Positions 19,773 through 30,058 of a stretch of 64,000 nucleotides of DNA are shown in pieces. The stretch's first letter is position 1. Each line of letters starts with the position of its first letter. Origin of the DNA: Candidatus Latescibacterota bacterium. Lineage in GTDB: Bacteria; Latescibacterota; UBA2968; GCA-2709665. Made by a program: the position numbers and the translations under genes. The DNA lies in contig OZ242358.1 in assembly GCA_965208835.1 (NCBI GenBank), forward strand, positions 5,024,001 to 5,088,000, in the 5' to 3' direction. Below the pieces are notes generated by a model, which had not been told where the DNA came from, did no database searches, and worked only from the letters and a program-made list of their open reading frames with translations.

Positions 19773-20312
19773 TCAAACCTGAACGCGTTCACGTTCGGCG
19801 CCAGCCCGCGTCAAATATTTCTGAAAGAATTCCTGCGGGGACAACCCGGATTCCACAAATATCCGGCGCAGGTCCCTCCGGTTGACATCGGCTTCCCACG
19901 GCCAGATCCGGTCCTGCAGACAGACGGTGCCGCAGACACCGTCCAGGGTATCGGTGATCCACCGGCGGTGCCACCAGACAAAGGGCTCCGGCAGTTGAAT
20001 GGCAGAAAAATAACCGGATTCGATAACCTCCTCCGGTTGCGGCGTAATTTTCCGGCTGAGAGGTCGGGATGCGAAGACAACCGTGTGGTTTCCCCCTGAA
20101 CGCCAACGCGGGCTTGCGTAAATCCCCACAAGCCGCGTCAGCTCGATTTCGATTCCCGTTTCTTCCCTGACCTCCCGGATGGCCGTTTGCGCGACGGTTT
20201 CTCCTGCCTCTGCGTTCCCGCCCGGCAGCGCCCACGCCTCGCAGTCCCGCCTCTTGATCAGCAGCACCTTCCCTTCAGAAATGACAACCGCGCCTGCTCC
20301 GAACGTCGGCAT
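19773..20312 (-). CDS. NUDIX hydrolase
   Basis: Nudix box GGNAEAGETVAQTAIREVREETGI. Confidence 0.92.
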   Translation of the reverse strand: MPTFGAGAVVISEGKVLLIKRRDCEAWALPGGNAEAGETVAQTAIREVREETGIEIELTRLVGIYASPRWRSGGNHTVVFASRPLSRKITPQPEEVIESGYFSAIQLPEPFVWWHRRWITDTLDGVCGTVCLQDRIWPWEADVNRRDLRRIFVESGLSPQEFFQKYLTRAGAERERVQV

Positions 20313-20344
20313 ACAACTCCCTGCTACGCTGTGCTCAGCCGCAA

Positions 20345-21130
20345 CTAACGGTAATGCGGATGTTCCATCACCGCCCGTTCCGCATCCGTCATATCCAGAA
20401 TGTAGTCAGGATAGGTCACCGAATGCGCGCCCACACCGTAGGCCTGGAATCCCGGGCTGAATTTGTACAGCAGCGCCCGCCGCTGATGGTCGGCCGTCCA
20501 CGGCAACGTCCCGTGGGTCAGCGTCTCCGTAAAAATCACCACATCTCCGGCGCGCCCGTTGACCTCCACCACATGTTCCTGGTATTTCTCACCCCGCATC
20601 ATCTCCCTCGGGCACGTCAGATTCGCCTTGTGGCTTCCCGGCACCACCGCCACACCCCCTTCGCCCGGCCCCTCGTCCGCCAGCAGATACTCCACGACCG
20701 TCAACCCGCAGTAGATGCGCCCGCTCTTGAAAAAATACGCCTCCGAAAGATCCGGACGTTCCACACCGCCCCCGTGCAGCGTGCCCCCTTCGCAGCCCTT
20801 GTCCATGGCAATCAGACCGGGCCCGTGGTCCAGCCGATAATTCTTGCCCAGAATCACGTGCAGATAAGGCATCACACGCGGATGCACGAGCATCGCCCGA
20901 AAGGGTTCGCACCACGGCCGCTCCCATGCCAGCATGCCGCCCAGATCCTTCCGGTTCGACGTACCCCCGAGCGCCGGCGCGCCTATCGTGAGCGACCCCT
21001 CCCTCTCCCTGAGCTGATCGTCATGGCGATCGATCGCCTCGTTGCAGCGGCCGACTTCCTCCGGTGTCAGGACGTCTTTGAGTACCAGGTACCCGTTCAG
21101 ATCGAATAGATATTTCTCGTCCTCTGTCAT
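20345..21130 (-). CDS. PhyH-family Fe(II)/2-oxoglutarate dioxygenase
   Basis: YLFDLNGY, TLHGG, VVPGSHK, GDVVIFTETLTHGT, RR. Confidence 0.88.
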   Translation of the reverse strand: MTEDEKYLFDLNGYLVLKDVLTPEEVGRCNEAIDRHDDQLREREGSLTIGAPALGGTSNRKDLGGMLAWERPWCEPFRAMLVHPRVMPYLHVILGKNYRLDHGPGLIAMDKGCEGGTLHGGGVERPDLSEAYFFKSGRIYCGLTVVEYLLADEGPGEGGVAVVPGSHKANLTCPREMMRGEKYQEHVVEVNGRAGDVVIFTETLTHGTLPWTADHQRRALLYKFSPGFQAYGVGAHSVTYPDYILDMTDAERAVMEHPHYR

Positions 21131-21196
21131 GGCGTTCCTCCTTGGAAATCCCTGCGCCTATCAGGTAGATGAAACGTCGTCACATCCCAATCTCGA

Positions 21197-21661
21197 TTAT
21201 TTGTACATCTGTATTGAAAACATCCCATAGCCGTGCCGTTCATAGAATCGATACGTACGCAGCCAATCGACGTTATTTGAGCCGACCATGGAGCGGTTGA
21301 TTCCTTCCGATTCCGATCTGGATAGCAATGCCTCCATGAGTCGGTCTCCGACGCCCTTTTCGCGGTGGTCAACATGGACAAAGACCTCATGAACATCCAG
21401 GAATCGCTCGCCATGGGGTCTGAATACCGCATTTTTCCCGACTTTCAAGACTCCCGCCGCGTACGCGATGACGGCACCTTCATGTTCGCCGACGAAAAAA
21501 TAGCCGCCGTCGAGCCAGGACCGCAGATGTTTGTCTCCTTCCATCAACGCGACATAGCCGATTGTACAACCTTCATCAGCCCAGAGTTTCGACAAACCCA
21601 CCACCGCACGCACATCGTCAGTTTTTGCCTGTCTGATTTGATAGTCCGAAGCGTCTGCCAC
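21197..21661 (-). CDS. GNAT N-acetyltransferase
   Basis: VHVDHREKGVG and RFYERHGY. Confidence 0.85.
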   Translation of the reverse strand: MADASDYQIRQAKTDDVRAVVGLSKLWADEGCTIGYVALMEGDKHLRSWLDGGYFFVGEHEGAVIAYAAGVLKVGKNAVFRPHGERFLDVHEVFVHVDHREKGVGDRLMEALLSRSESEGINRSMVGSNNVDWLRTYRFYERHGYGMFSIQMYK

Positions 21662-21725
21662 CTTCCAGTTACCTCCAGATCAACCCACCTGAACCGGTAC
21701 ATCTCCCGCCAATCTGGCATGCGCT

Positions 21726-22775
21726 TTACCGCGTTACTATGTTCTGGTGATAATCGCCGTGAGCGATAAGCTCGGGCGCGTAGGCGAACAGCGCCGGGTT
21801 GCCTCCAGTGTGCACATACACCACGTTCGATCCGGTCGGAATTTCTCCCGTCCGGATCCGGTCGATGACCCCGGACATGGCCTTTCCCGTGTATACCGGA
21901 TCCAGCAGGATGCCCTCCGTCCTCGCCAGCAGGTGCAATGCGTCCAGCCCCGCTTCGGTTACAATCCCGTATTCTTCGCCGACGTACGCGTCCGTATTCT
22001 CCATTTCGCCGGCCGTCATTTGAATATCCAGTTCCATCAGCGCCGCGGTTTCGTTGGCGATTTCCGCAATTTGCGCGTTCCGCCTCGCGTTGTCTCCCCT
22101 GCTCGGCGAGAATCCCTGCGTGCGAACCGGCAGCCCCAGCGCCTTCATCCCAAGCGCCAGCCCGGCGTGTGTGCCGTGTCCGGATGCCGTACAGATGTAA
22201 TCCGCCTGCGCGTCCATCGCCTCGAGTTGATTCACGATCTCCAGCGCGCAACCGACGTACGCCACCGTTCCCAGCACCACCGCCTGCCGCCCGATGAGAT
22301 AGGGTGTCTCTCCCCGCGCCCGCAGCTCTTCCATAACCCCTTTCTTGACTTCCTCCTGGCTCACGCCGTCGGCGACCAGCCTGACGTCTGCGCCGAAGAT
22401 ATTGTCCAGCAGCTGATTACCCTGGATTCCCATCAGGCTCCGGTGATCGTGACGGTTCACCAGCACGCATTTCATGCCCAGCTTCGCAGCCGCGGCGGCC
22501 GCCTGCCGTGCGTGGTTCGACTGCGATGCCGCGCCCGTCACCACGGCCGTCGCCCCCTGCGCCAACGCGTCTCCCAGGGCCAGATCGAACTTTCGTGTCT
22601 TGTTCCCTCCGAACGCGAGCCCGGTCAGGTCGTCCCGCTTCACCATCACACGCACCTTCCCCCCGAGCGCTTCCGAGAACCGCGGGCAATCGTGCAGCGG
22701 CGTGGGCAGTTCGGCCAGTGCCGTCCTCGGAAATCGTTCGATTACCGCCTGCAACTCCTGTGCGCTCAAAGCCAT
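21726..22775 (-). CDS. PLP enzyme, D-cysteine desulfhydrase / ACC deaminase family
   Basis: PTPL, VKRDDLTGLAFGGNKTRK, QSNHAR, LLDPVYTGKA, HTGG; GGAGG RBS. Confidence 0.9.
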   Translation of the reverse strand: MALSAQELQAVIERFPRTALAELPTPLHDCPRFSEALGGKVRVMVKRDDLTGLAFGGNKTRKFDLALGDALAQGATAVVTGAASQSNHARQAAAAAAKLGMKCVLVNRHDHRSLMGIQGNQLLDNIFGADVRLVADGVSQEEVKKGVMEELRARGETPYLIGRQAVVLGTVAYVGCALEIVNQLEAMDAQADYICTASGHGTHAGLALGMKALGLPVRTQGFSPSRGDNARRNAQIAEIANETAALMELDIQMTAGEMENTDAYVGEEYGIVTEAGLDALHLLARTEGILLDPVYTGKAMSGVIDRIRTGEIPTGSNVVYVHTGGNPALFAYAPELIAHGDYHQNIVTR

Positions 22776-22998
22776 GGATTCCTCCATCCGGAGTGTGGGA
22801 TCCGGGTATCGCGGATTGACCCCGATTCCAGCGAACAATCAATGACGACACCACAACGGGCGGCGCCGATGGCATGATGACACAGTTTCCCGCGGAAGTC
22901 AAAGAGAAATGGCGTTGTGCGCCTCCGTTCAATTCCGTTGTGCCCGCCCCGGCCGATTTCTATATTCGGAAAACCACAGACCAGCCATGGAGGTACGG

Positions 22999-23823
22999 AT
23001 GTCCGCAACCGACAACAGCGTAATCGCGAAAAACGCACAGCCCTTCGACGAAGAAACCACCAGGAGAATTGTGGAGGATTTCAACCGCGACGGCTACTGT
23101 TTCCTGGAGAACGTGCTCACCCTCGAGGAGGTGGACGCACTGAGGGAGGGTATGAAGCGCAAGTGGAACGACCCTCGCATTCAGGCCGATGAAGCCGGCG
23201 ATCACATCCGCGGCATCAGCATGATGCGCATGTACGAGTACGACCGCAATTTCAGAGACCTGATCGAACGGGAGCCCATCGTCAGCCTGGCTGAGGCCAT
23301 CCTGGGCGCGGACTGCCACATGATGTCCCAGAACGCGCTGCGTTACGAACCCGGCCAGGGCGGCGGCTGGCATCTGGACGACAGAATTCACTTCCCGCTG
23401 CCGGATGGTGTCCAGCGTCACAGTCCGGATATCCCCATCCCCTGCTTCGTGATGAACGCAATGATCCCGCTGAGCAGGGCCGATTCCATCGAATACGGCG
23501 TCACCGAAGTCATCCCCGGCAGTCACTTCGCCGGCCGGAATCCGAACGACCGCGAGAATCCCACCTTCGAAGGCCGGCAGGCGGTTTCCCTGACCGCGAA
23601 TCCGGGCGACGTCTACATGTTCCACAACCAGGTCTGGCACCGCGGGTCGCGGAACGACTCCGACGAAGTCCGGTACGTGGGTTCCGTCGTCTACAGCCAG
23701 CGAATGATCGCCCAGCGCCTCTATCCGTTCATCGACTACCGCATGCCGGACCACGTCTGGGAAGACGCAGGCCCCCGCCTCCAGCGGCTCCTGGGACGGC
23801 ACGAAAAAGGGGCTTACGGATAG
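22999..23823 (+). CDS. PhyH-family dioxygenase
   Basis: FNRDGY, WHLD, IPGSH, GDVYMFHNQVWHRG; GGAGG RBS. Confidence 0.88.
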   Translation: MSATDNSVIAKNAQPFDEETTRRIVEDFNRDGYCFLENVLTLEEVDALREGMKRKWNDPRIQADEAGDHIRGISMMRMYEYDRNFRDLIEREPIVSLAEAILGADCHMMSQNALRYEPGQGGGWHLDDRIHFPLPDGVQRHSPDIPIPCFVMNAMIPLSRADSIEYGVTEVIPGSHFAGRNPNDRENPTFEGRQAVSLTANPGDVYMFHNQVWHRGSRNDSDEVRYVGSVVYSQRMIAQRLYPFIDYRMPDHVWEDAGPRLQRLLGRHEKGAYG

Positions 23824-23830
23824 CCGAAAA

Positions 23831-23956
23831 GCGGGGAGACGTGAGCCGGGAGAGACTGTCTGCCTTGTGAGGTTTCTCTTCGTGCCGGAGGCAAAAGGGA
23901 ACAAAATTTCGGGCAAGGGCTTCTTCTACCGTCTTCCCTCTCCCTCTCACCGCCTT
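23831..23956 (+). repeat. Repeat family A, copy 2
   Basis: GAGACGTGAGCCGGGAGAG...TCGTGCCGGAGGCAA...TCTACCGTCTTCCCTCTC. Confidence 0.85.
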
Positions 23957-24018
23957 TTGCAGACACTAAGGACAAGACATCGATGAGCGATCTGCAGATA
24001 GCAGGCCGGGGTAACCCC

Positions 24019-24363
24019 ATGAACACAATGACGTATAGAGGATACGCGGCTCGAATCGACTATAGCGATGAAGATGGCTGCTTCGTTGGTCATATTGCGG
24101 GGATCAACGACGTGGTGGGTATTCACGGCGAATCGGTCGAAGAACTGCGTGATGCTTTTATAGAATCGGTGGATGACTATCTCCTAACCTGTGAAAAGCT
24201 GAACAGACCCCCTCAGAAGCCCTATTCCGGAAATCTGATGTTGCGGATTCCACCACAGGTCCACGCCGCGATTGCCATGGCGGCAGAAGTCAGTGGGAAG
24301 AGCATCAATCAGTGGGCGTCCGATACGCTCGCCGGTGTTCTGGATACGGATGCACCACAATGA
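24019..24363 (+). CDS. hicB: HicB-family antitoxin without an intact hicA
   Basis: MTYRGYAARIDYSDED..FVGHIAGI, ESVDDYL, PQKPYSG.LMLRIPPQVH, SGKSINQW. Confidence 0.9.
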   Translation: MNTMTYRGYAARIDYSDEDGCFVGHIAGINDVVGIHGESVEELRDAFIESVDDYLLTCEKLNRPPQKPYSGNLMLRIPPQVHAAIAMAAEVSGKSINQWASDTLAGVLDTDAPQ

Positions 24364-24416
24364 GGGAAACGAAAAACCCTTAAGCATATCGACGGCTAAA
24401 CAACGAAAGGAATCAC

Positions 24417-25490
24417 ATGACGAAATCCGATCCATTTGAACAGGGCCTGGCAGCGGGTGAGGCGGCGGCTTCCGCCTCAGGAGACGCTTCACAGTCAACG
24501 TCATCGAACGGCGGGCGCATGTACGTGCGCACACAGAGTTTCGGGTCAACCGACGCCGAGTTGCGCTTTCTGCAGCGCTGCGGCGTGCGCCACAAGGCCG
24601 TTATCTTTCCGTTCCATCACGGCCGAGGATGGGACCTCGACGAACTGGTCCAGGTACGTGAACACCACGAGCGTTTCGGGATCACGCTGGATATGAGCTC
24701 GCTGCCCATATACGAGCGTTTTCACAACATCATCTATTATGGCAAGAGCCCGGAACGCGACCGGGAAATCGACATCGTGTGCGAGATGATCCGAACGGCC
24801 TCGCGCGCCGGCGTCGACTCCCTGCGCTATAACACCTGCGTCCTGCCCATCGACCGCACCGAGCCGGAAGAAGGCCGCGGCGGCTTCTTCCACACCGCGT
24901 TCCGCGTGGACAAGATCCCGGCCGAAGAACAGGCCAGGCTGACCGAGGCCGGGCGCGTCACGGCGGACATGTACTGGGAACGCATCGAGTATCTGCTGGA
25001 ACGGATGATTCCGGTGGCGGAAGAATTCAAGGTGCGAATGGGCAATTCGCAGGAGGACCCCGCCACGCCTCCCGGCTACAAGGGCGTTGACAAAGTCCTC
25101 AATGACTTCGAGGGCATGAAGCGTTTCATCGAGATACAGCGCGGACCGTATCACGGCTGGAACTTCTGCGTGGGCTCCGTCGCGGAAGGGCTCGAAGACC
25201 CGGCCACCGAGATCTATCCCATCATTGAGTACTTCAACAGCCGCAATACGATTTTCCTGGTTCACTATCGAAACATCATCGGAGGGCTGTACAGCTTCCG
25301 CGAGTCTCTGCCCGATGAGGGAGACATGGACTTCTACCGCGTTATAAAGGCCCTCAAGGACACCGGCTACTGTTACGGCATCGATCCCGATCACGTCCCG
25401 TGGACCGACGACGATCCGAACCGTTCCTATCAGTCATACGCGTACTGCTTCGGTTACATCAATGCCATGATTCAGGCCGTGTACGGTTAA
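24417..25490 (+). CDS. Mannonate dehydratase (UxuA)-like TIM-barrel protein
   Basis: YLLERMIPVAEEFKVRM, EDP, NFCVG, LVHYRN, PDEGDMDF, PDHVP, GYINAMI. Confidence 0.8.
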   Translation: MTKSDPFEQGLAAGEAAASASGDASQSTSSNGGRMYVRTQSFGSTDAELRFLQRCGVRHKAVIFPFHHGRGWDLDELVQVREHHERFGITLDMSSLPIYERFHNIIYYGKSPERDREIDIVCEMIRTASRAGVDSLRYNTCVLPIDRTEPEEGRGGFFHTAFRVDKIPAEEQARLTEAGRVTADMYWERIEYLLERMIPVAEEFKVRMGNSQEDPATPPGYKGVDKVLNDFEGMKRFIEIQRGPYHGWNFCVGSVAEGLEDPATEIYPIIEYFNSRNTIFLVHYRNIIGGLYSFRESLPDEGDMDFYRVIKALKDTGYCYGIDPDHVPWTDDDPNRSYQSYAYCFGYINAMIQAVYG

Positions 25491-25540
25491 CCAGGATACA
25501 AGTCACTAGGAAGTGAACAGGACCTTTCACCCGGTCCCCT
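25488..25540 (-). repeat. Repeat family B, partial inverted copy
   Basis: Reverse complement AGGGGACCGGGTGAAAGGTCCTGTTCAC...TGTATCCTGGTTA matches 9589-9643. Confidence 0.7.
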
Positions 25541-25547
25541 CAAATTA

Positions 25548-25729
25548 GGGTAGACGGGAGACGGTAGAGGGGAGAGGACCACACCCCGGCCCACCACCTG
25601 GTGAGAGGGGAGACGTTAGACGGGAGAGATTGTCTGCCTTGTGAGAATTCTTTTCGTGCCAAAGGCAAGGAGGGAAAACATACCCGGCAAGGATTTCATC
25701 TACCGTCTACCGGCTCCCGTCTCCCCGCA
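25548..25729 (+). repeat. Repeat family A, copy 3
   Basis: GGTAGACGGGAGACGGTAGA...TCGTGCCAAAGGCAA...TCTACCGTCTACCGGCTCCCGTCTCCC. Confidence 0.85.
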
Positions 25730-25786
25730 TTCATGCTTTTTGTGGTCGATTCAATCGGGTTCTTTTTTTCGAATTGAGGCTGAGAC

Positions 25787-26632
25787 ATGGAACCAGATGA
25801 AATTGCGCGCCGCATCAGGGAAAACGGCTGCTGTATCGTCGATGACGTCATTCCCTCTGGGGAAGTGGGCGGGATCCGCAAACGCGTCCTGCGGGCGCAG
25901 GCCGCCAATGACGCCGTCCACCAGGCCAGGGAGAAGGCGACTCGGGCCAGGGGCCACCGCGTGGGCGCCCGCGGCGTCGGCGTGCTCAAGCAGGCCATCA
26001 ACCACGACCAGTCGTTCGCGCCGTACCTGGCCGACCGGCGGATCGTCGGGGCCCTCGAAATTATCTTCGGTCCCTGGCTGAGAATCTCCTGCACCGACGT
26101 CGTGGTGAACCATCCGGGGAACGAGCGCGGCTACTGGCACGCGGACTGGCCGTTCAACCAGACGAACGCCTCCAATGTCCCCACCCCCTACCCGGACGCG
26201 ATGATGCACGCGTCGTCGCTGTGGATGCTGACCGATTTCACCGCGGCCAACGGAGGGACGCTGCTGTTGCCCGGCACGCACCGGAAGGACCACAATCCGG
26301 CGACGGGAGACATCGCCGGCTTCGACAACGAGGCGCCCCAGCCGACCGAGATCAATGCCCAGGGCAGGGCGGGATCGGTTCTGCTCTACGACAGCCGGCA
26401 GTGGCACGCGGTTGCCCCCAACCGGAGCGGCAACCCCCGGGTGGCCCTGATCGTGCGTTACGCGCCCTGGTGGCTGAACCTGAATCCGACGCACAAAGGC
26501 ACGCCGGAGCACGAAATGATGGTGGTGGAGACCGGCGGGAAGAACTACGAGATGGAGCCCCTGAGCCGAGACGTGTACGAGGGACTTCCGGAGGAAGTGA
26601 AGCCGCTCTTCCGGCACTTCGTGGCCAGTTAG
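25787..26632 (+). CDS. PhyH-family dioxygenase
   Basis: WHADWP, LTDFTAANGGT..LPGTH, GSVLLYDSRQWH, PR. Confidence 0.9.
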   Translation: MEPDEIARRIRENGCCIVDDVIPSGEVGGIRKRVLRAQAANDAVHQAREKATRARGHRVGARGVGVLKQAINHDQSFAPYLADRRIVGALEIIFGPWLRISCTDVVVNHPGNERGYWHADWPFNQTNASNVPTPYPDAMMHASSLWMLTDFTAANGGTLLLPGTHRKDHNPATGDIAGFDNEAPQPTEINAQGRAGSVLLYDSRQWHAVAPNRSGNPRVALIVRYAPWWLNLNPTHKGTPEHEMMVVETGGKNYEMEPLSRDVYEGLPEEVKPLFRHFVAS

Positions 26633-26748
26633 GCGAGGTGTCCGATATGGAGAGGTATTGTCAGTTTTTTAGGTTGGCGGCGAACGCTTCCTGATGGATT
26701 AAACGATGGCGTTCAGCACGCCAATATATGTAGTAGAGGTTTCCAACA

Positions 26749-28490
26749 ATGGCAAAGAGGACTCATCGAAATGAATCCCCGTCAAGAGACGACGTATTTG
26801 CAGATGCAATCGGCATGTGCAACGCTGCGCAAGCCGGAGACTTAAAAAGAGTAGAAATGCTGATGAAGAGGAATCCGGATCTGGCAACTGCCAAAAACCA
26901 TCCGCAATACGGGCGGCGCCCCATTTACTATGCCGCTCGGGAAGGTCATACCGAGGTCGTTGAGATACTGCTTGAGGCGGGCGCCAATCCGGCCGTTGGG
27001 GTCTGGCCTAACCGTGAGGCGTCGCAACCGTTGACATTGGCACGGGACCGAGGGCATACCGAGGTCGTCGCTTTAATTGAAGCGTGGTTGAATGCGCAAC
27101 AAGGGACGACATCTCGCGGGATGGAATTTTGCGATGCGGCCCGGATGCAGATGCACGAAAAAGTACGCTCATTTTTGGACAAGGAACCGGCAATTGTAAA
27201 CGAAAGCGATGCAGCGGGTAATACAGCGCTTCATTACGCGGTGTGGCATATGCAGTTTGACGTTGTGGCCGACTTGCTCGCCGCTGGCGCCGACGTAAAT
27301 ATCAGGAATGCCGAAAATGAACTACCCATCCACCGCGCTCTATTCAAGGGTAATGGCCCCAACCGTGATAAGCCGGCGGACCGAAAGATGGCTGAATTGT
27401 TGCTTGAGCATGGGGCGGATTGCGACATCTGGTAGCCAGTGCTCTTGGTGATCTGGAAGGCGTCAGGAAGATGCTGGAAGCGGACTCCAGCCTGGTGAAT
27501 TATCAGTGCGGGCGTGTGAATAACAAGAATGCATCGACCTATCCCCTGGCGATAGCCGCGCGCGAGGGACACCTGGAAGTCGTGGACCTGCTCCTGGATT
27601 TCGGCGCTGACGTGGATACAAAATGTGAACGCAATGGTAAGGTGGTACATATTTCCGGCGCGTTGATTTATGCACTGGAACGCAAACACTTTGACGTGGC
27701 CGAACGGTTAATGGAACGCGGTGCCCGCACGGATGCACCCTCAAATGACTCGGAATTGGGCGTAGCTGACGAGGCGTTGCTGTCGGGCAACCAGGAATTG
27801 GCAGACCGCGTCTATGTTAACGGCGGGCGCCCGATGATGTGGACGTACGTGAAGGCGAGGCAATATTGCGTTATAGGTGAGTTACTGGATCGCGCCATGG
27901 CTGTTCCGGAAGCAGGCTATCTGCCTCAGGATCGTAGTGAAGGCGTGGTTCGACAGACCATGCGTTGGGGATTGAGTTTTGGAGACGTCAACGTCGTAAA
28001 AATGTGCTTGCGTTGTGAACCCGATCTTGACGCGGATTATTGGTTTGAATGTCTGCGTTGGGGGCTGCAGAGCGGCGCCGGAGAAACCGTGCGGATGATT
28101 CTGGACTATGGAGTTGACGTTAACGTCCGGGGGCCGGAAAACTCAACCTTATTGCATTGGATCGGTGGCAGCTATCTGGAACGTGAGGAAAAATGGAGCA
28201 ATAGCGAAACCGTGATGATTGAGATGGCAGAAGTGTTGCTCGACTATAAGGCTGACGTGAACGTTCAAGATGAGGAACTGTGTTCGACGCCGCTGGGTTG
28301 GCATGTCCGCGCGGGGCACAAAGAGGTGGTTGCTTTTCTGCTCGACCATGGGGCTTACGTGAATATTCCCGACACACCGAAATGGGCAGCGCCACTGAGT
28401 TGGGCTGAAAGACGTGGGCATATGGGAATCGCGGAGATGCTTCGGCAAGCAGGCGCCGGTTCGCAAGAACAGGAACGGCTCAGCGTGTAG
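26749..28490 (+). pseudogene. Ankyrin-repeat protein split by a 1-nt frameshift near 27430
   Basis: Both ORFs (26749-27435 and 27420-28490) carry ankyrin motifs (PIYYAAREGH, GNTALHYA, PLAIAAREGH). Adding one G at TGG|TAGCC restores ...DIWVASALGDLEGV. Confidence 0.8.
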
Positions 28491-28810
28491 GCGCCCGCTG
28501 TGAACCGGTGGCCGACGGACAATTCGCCTCGACCTCAATTTGAAAAGAGACAACAGTCAATTTACCACAAAAAGCACAAAAGGCACAGAAGGTAACAGCG
28601 CGAGACGGCGTATCGAGGTCGTTCAAATGGATGAGACTTTCGAGTGCCTCCAGTAACCTCGAGTATCCTGGAACTCTGACATCAATTCTCCCTTATTCTA
28701 CTGTGTATATTCGACAACCAGGTCCCCGCATAATCGCGAATCAATGCTTGGCCCTTGCGAGCGGGGAGTTAGAGACAAGACATGCGGATTGATGAACGCA
28801 AGGAGGAATT

Positions 28811-29008
28811 ATGAAGTATAAGATCGCGCTGCACAGATCCGATGAAGGCTACAGTTTCTCGGTACCCGGACTGCCAGGTTGCTGGTCGCAAGGAGCCACC
28901 GAAGATGAAGCGATTGCAAACATCCAAGCGGCAATACGCGAGTATCTGGAAGTCGTTGACGATCTCTTGGAAAACGTAGAAATACGAGAGATCGAACTGA
29001 CGGTATAG
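28811..29008 (+). CDS. hicB: Short HicB-family antitoxin
   Basis: EGYSFSVPGLPGCWSQGATEDEAIANIQAAIREYL; AGGAGG RBS. Confidence 0.9.
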   Translation: MKYKIALHRSDEGYSFSVPGLPGCWSQGATEDEAIANIQAAIREYLEVVDDLLENVEIREIELTV

Positions 29009-29009
29009 A

Positions 29010-29223
29010 ATGCCGAGACTACAGGGTGTCAACCATCTCGATGCTGTGCCCGCACTGGAAAAAAGCGGGTTTTCGAACGGCACGCCAGGGCAAGCACATC
29101 ATAATGACTGATGGCGTGCGCATTCTGACCATTCCAAGGAATAATCCTGTAAATGCGTTCACTATGGGAGGAATTGTTAAGGACGCAGGATTGACCATTG
29201 GAGAATTTCGCAGGCTTTTGTGA
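29010..29223 (+). pseudogene. hicA: HicA-family toxin, frameshifted in an A6 run
   Basis: ATG 29010 gives MPRLQGVNHLDAVPALEK; an extra A at 29059-29064 shifts the frame from AGFRTARQGKHIIMTDG..LTIPR.NPV...DAGLT. Confidence 0.82.
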
Positions 29224-29238
29224 CGGCAAGAGCAGGAG

Positions 29239-30003
29239 GTGTCCGTTTTGGAATGGTATGAGGATGAGTCGTTCTGGAAAGCGACTTGTCCGTTTCTGTT
29301 TTCCGAGACAAGGTTTGAGGCTGCCGAGACGCACCTTGAAAGTATCCTGAATCTGGTCGGCATGGACTCGGGCCCGGTCCTCGACCTGTGTTGCGGACCC
29401 GGCCGCGTTTCTATCCCGCTGGCGCAGCGCGGGTTCAGGGTCACGGCGGTCGACAGGAGCCCGTTTCTGCTGGACGAAGGGCGGAAGAGGGCGGCGCAAA
29501 GGGATCTGGATATAGAATGGGTTGAGAGAGACATGCGCGAGTTTGAGCGACCGGAAGCCTTCGACCTTGTCCTCAACCTAAACACTTCCTTCGGATACTT
29601 CGATGCCAAAGACGAAGACGTACGGGTGCTGCGGAAGATCTTCGCCAGCCTGAAGCCCGGCGGACATCTCGTGATGGATCTCATGGGCAAAGAGAAGCTC
29701 GCGCGGATTTTCCAGCCGACGGTCTCCGAGAAGCTCGAAGACGGTACCCTTCTGGTTCAGCGCCATGAGATCTTCGACGAATGGACACGGATCAGGAATG
29801 AATGGACCATCATCAAGGGTACCGAGGTCCGTACCTTCGAATTTCACCACACGGTATATTCCGGCCAGGAGTTGAAGGACAGGTTGCAGTCCGTCGGCTT
29901 TCAAGATGTAAGGCTCTGCGGCAGTTTCGAAGGAGAGGAATACGGCAGGGAATCCGACCGGTTTGTGGCCGTCGCCGGAAAACCGGACGGTGAAACTGTC
30001 TGA
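29239..30003 (+). CDS. Class I SAM-dependent methyltransferase
   Basis: VLDLCCGPGR, TAVD, DMR, TSFGYF, LKPGG. Confidence 0.92.
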   Translation: MSVLEWYEDESFWKATCPFLFSETRFEAAETHLESILNLVGMDSGPVLDLCCGPGRVSIPLAQRGFRVTAVDRSPFLLDEGRKRAAQRDLDIEWVERDMREFERPEAFDLVLNLNTSFGYFDAKDEDVRVLRKIFASLKPGGHLVMDLMGKEKLARIFQPTVSEKLEDGTLLVQRHEIFDEWTRIRNEWTIIKGTEVRTFEFHHTVYSGQELKDRLQSVGFQDVRLCGSFEGEEYGRESDRFVAVAGKPDGETV

Positions 30004-30058
30004 TCATACGACCGGAAGCGCGCCGGTCTCGCGAAGGTGTCAGTCCTTACAGCAAGCA

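Noticed and set aside
12503-22877. Long + strand ORFs (12503-14011, 15900-17177, 18230-19612, 21747-22877)
   Set aside because: Antisense shadows of well-supported minus-strand genes in GC-rich DNA, with no recognisable motifs.
28712-28774. Possible attC (GACAAC..TCCCCGC...GCGGGGA-GTTAGAG) before hicB
   Set aside because: The spacer between the arm and GTT is missing and the left core is poor; too degenerate to call.
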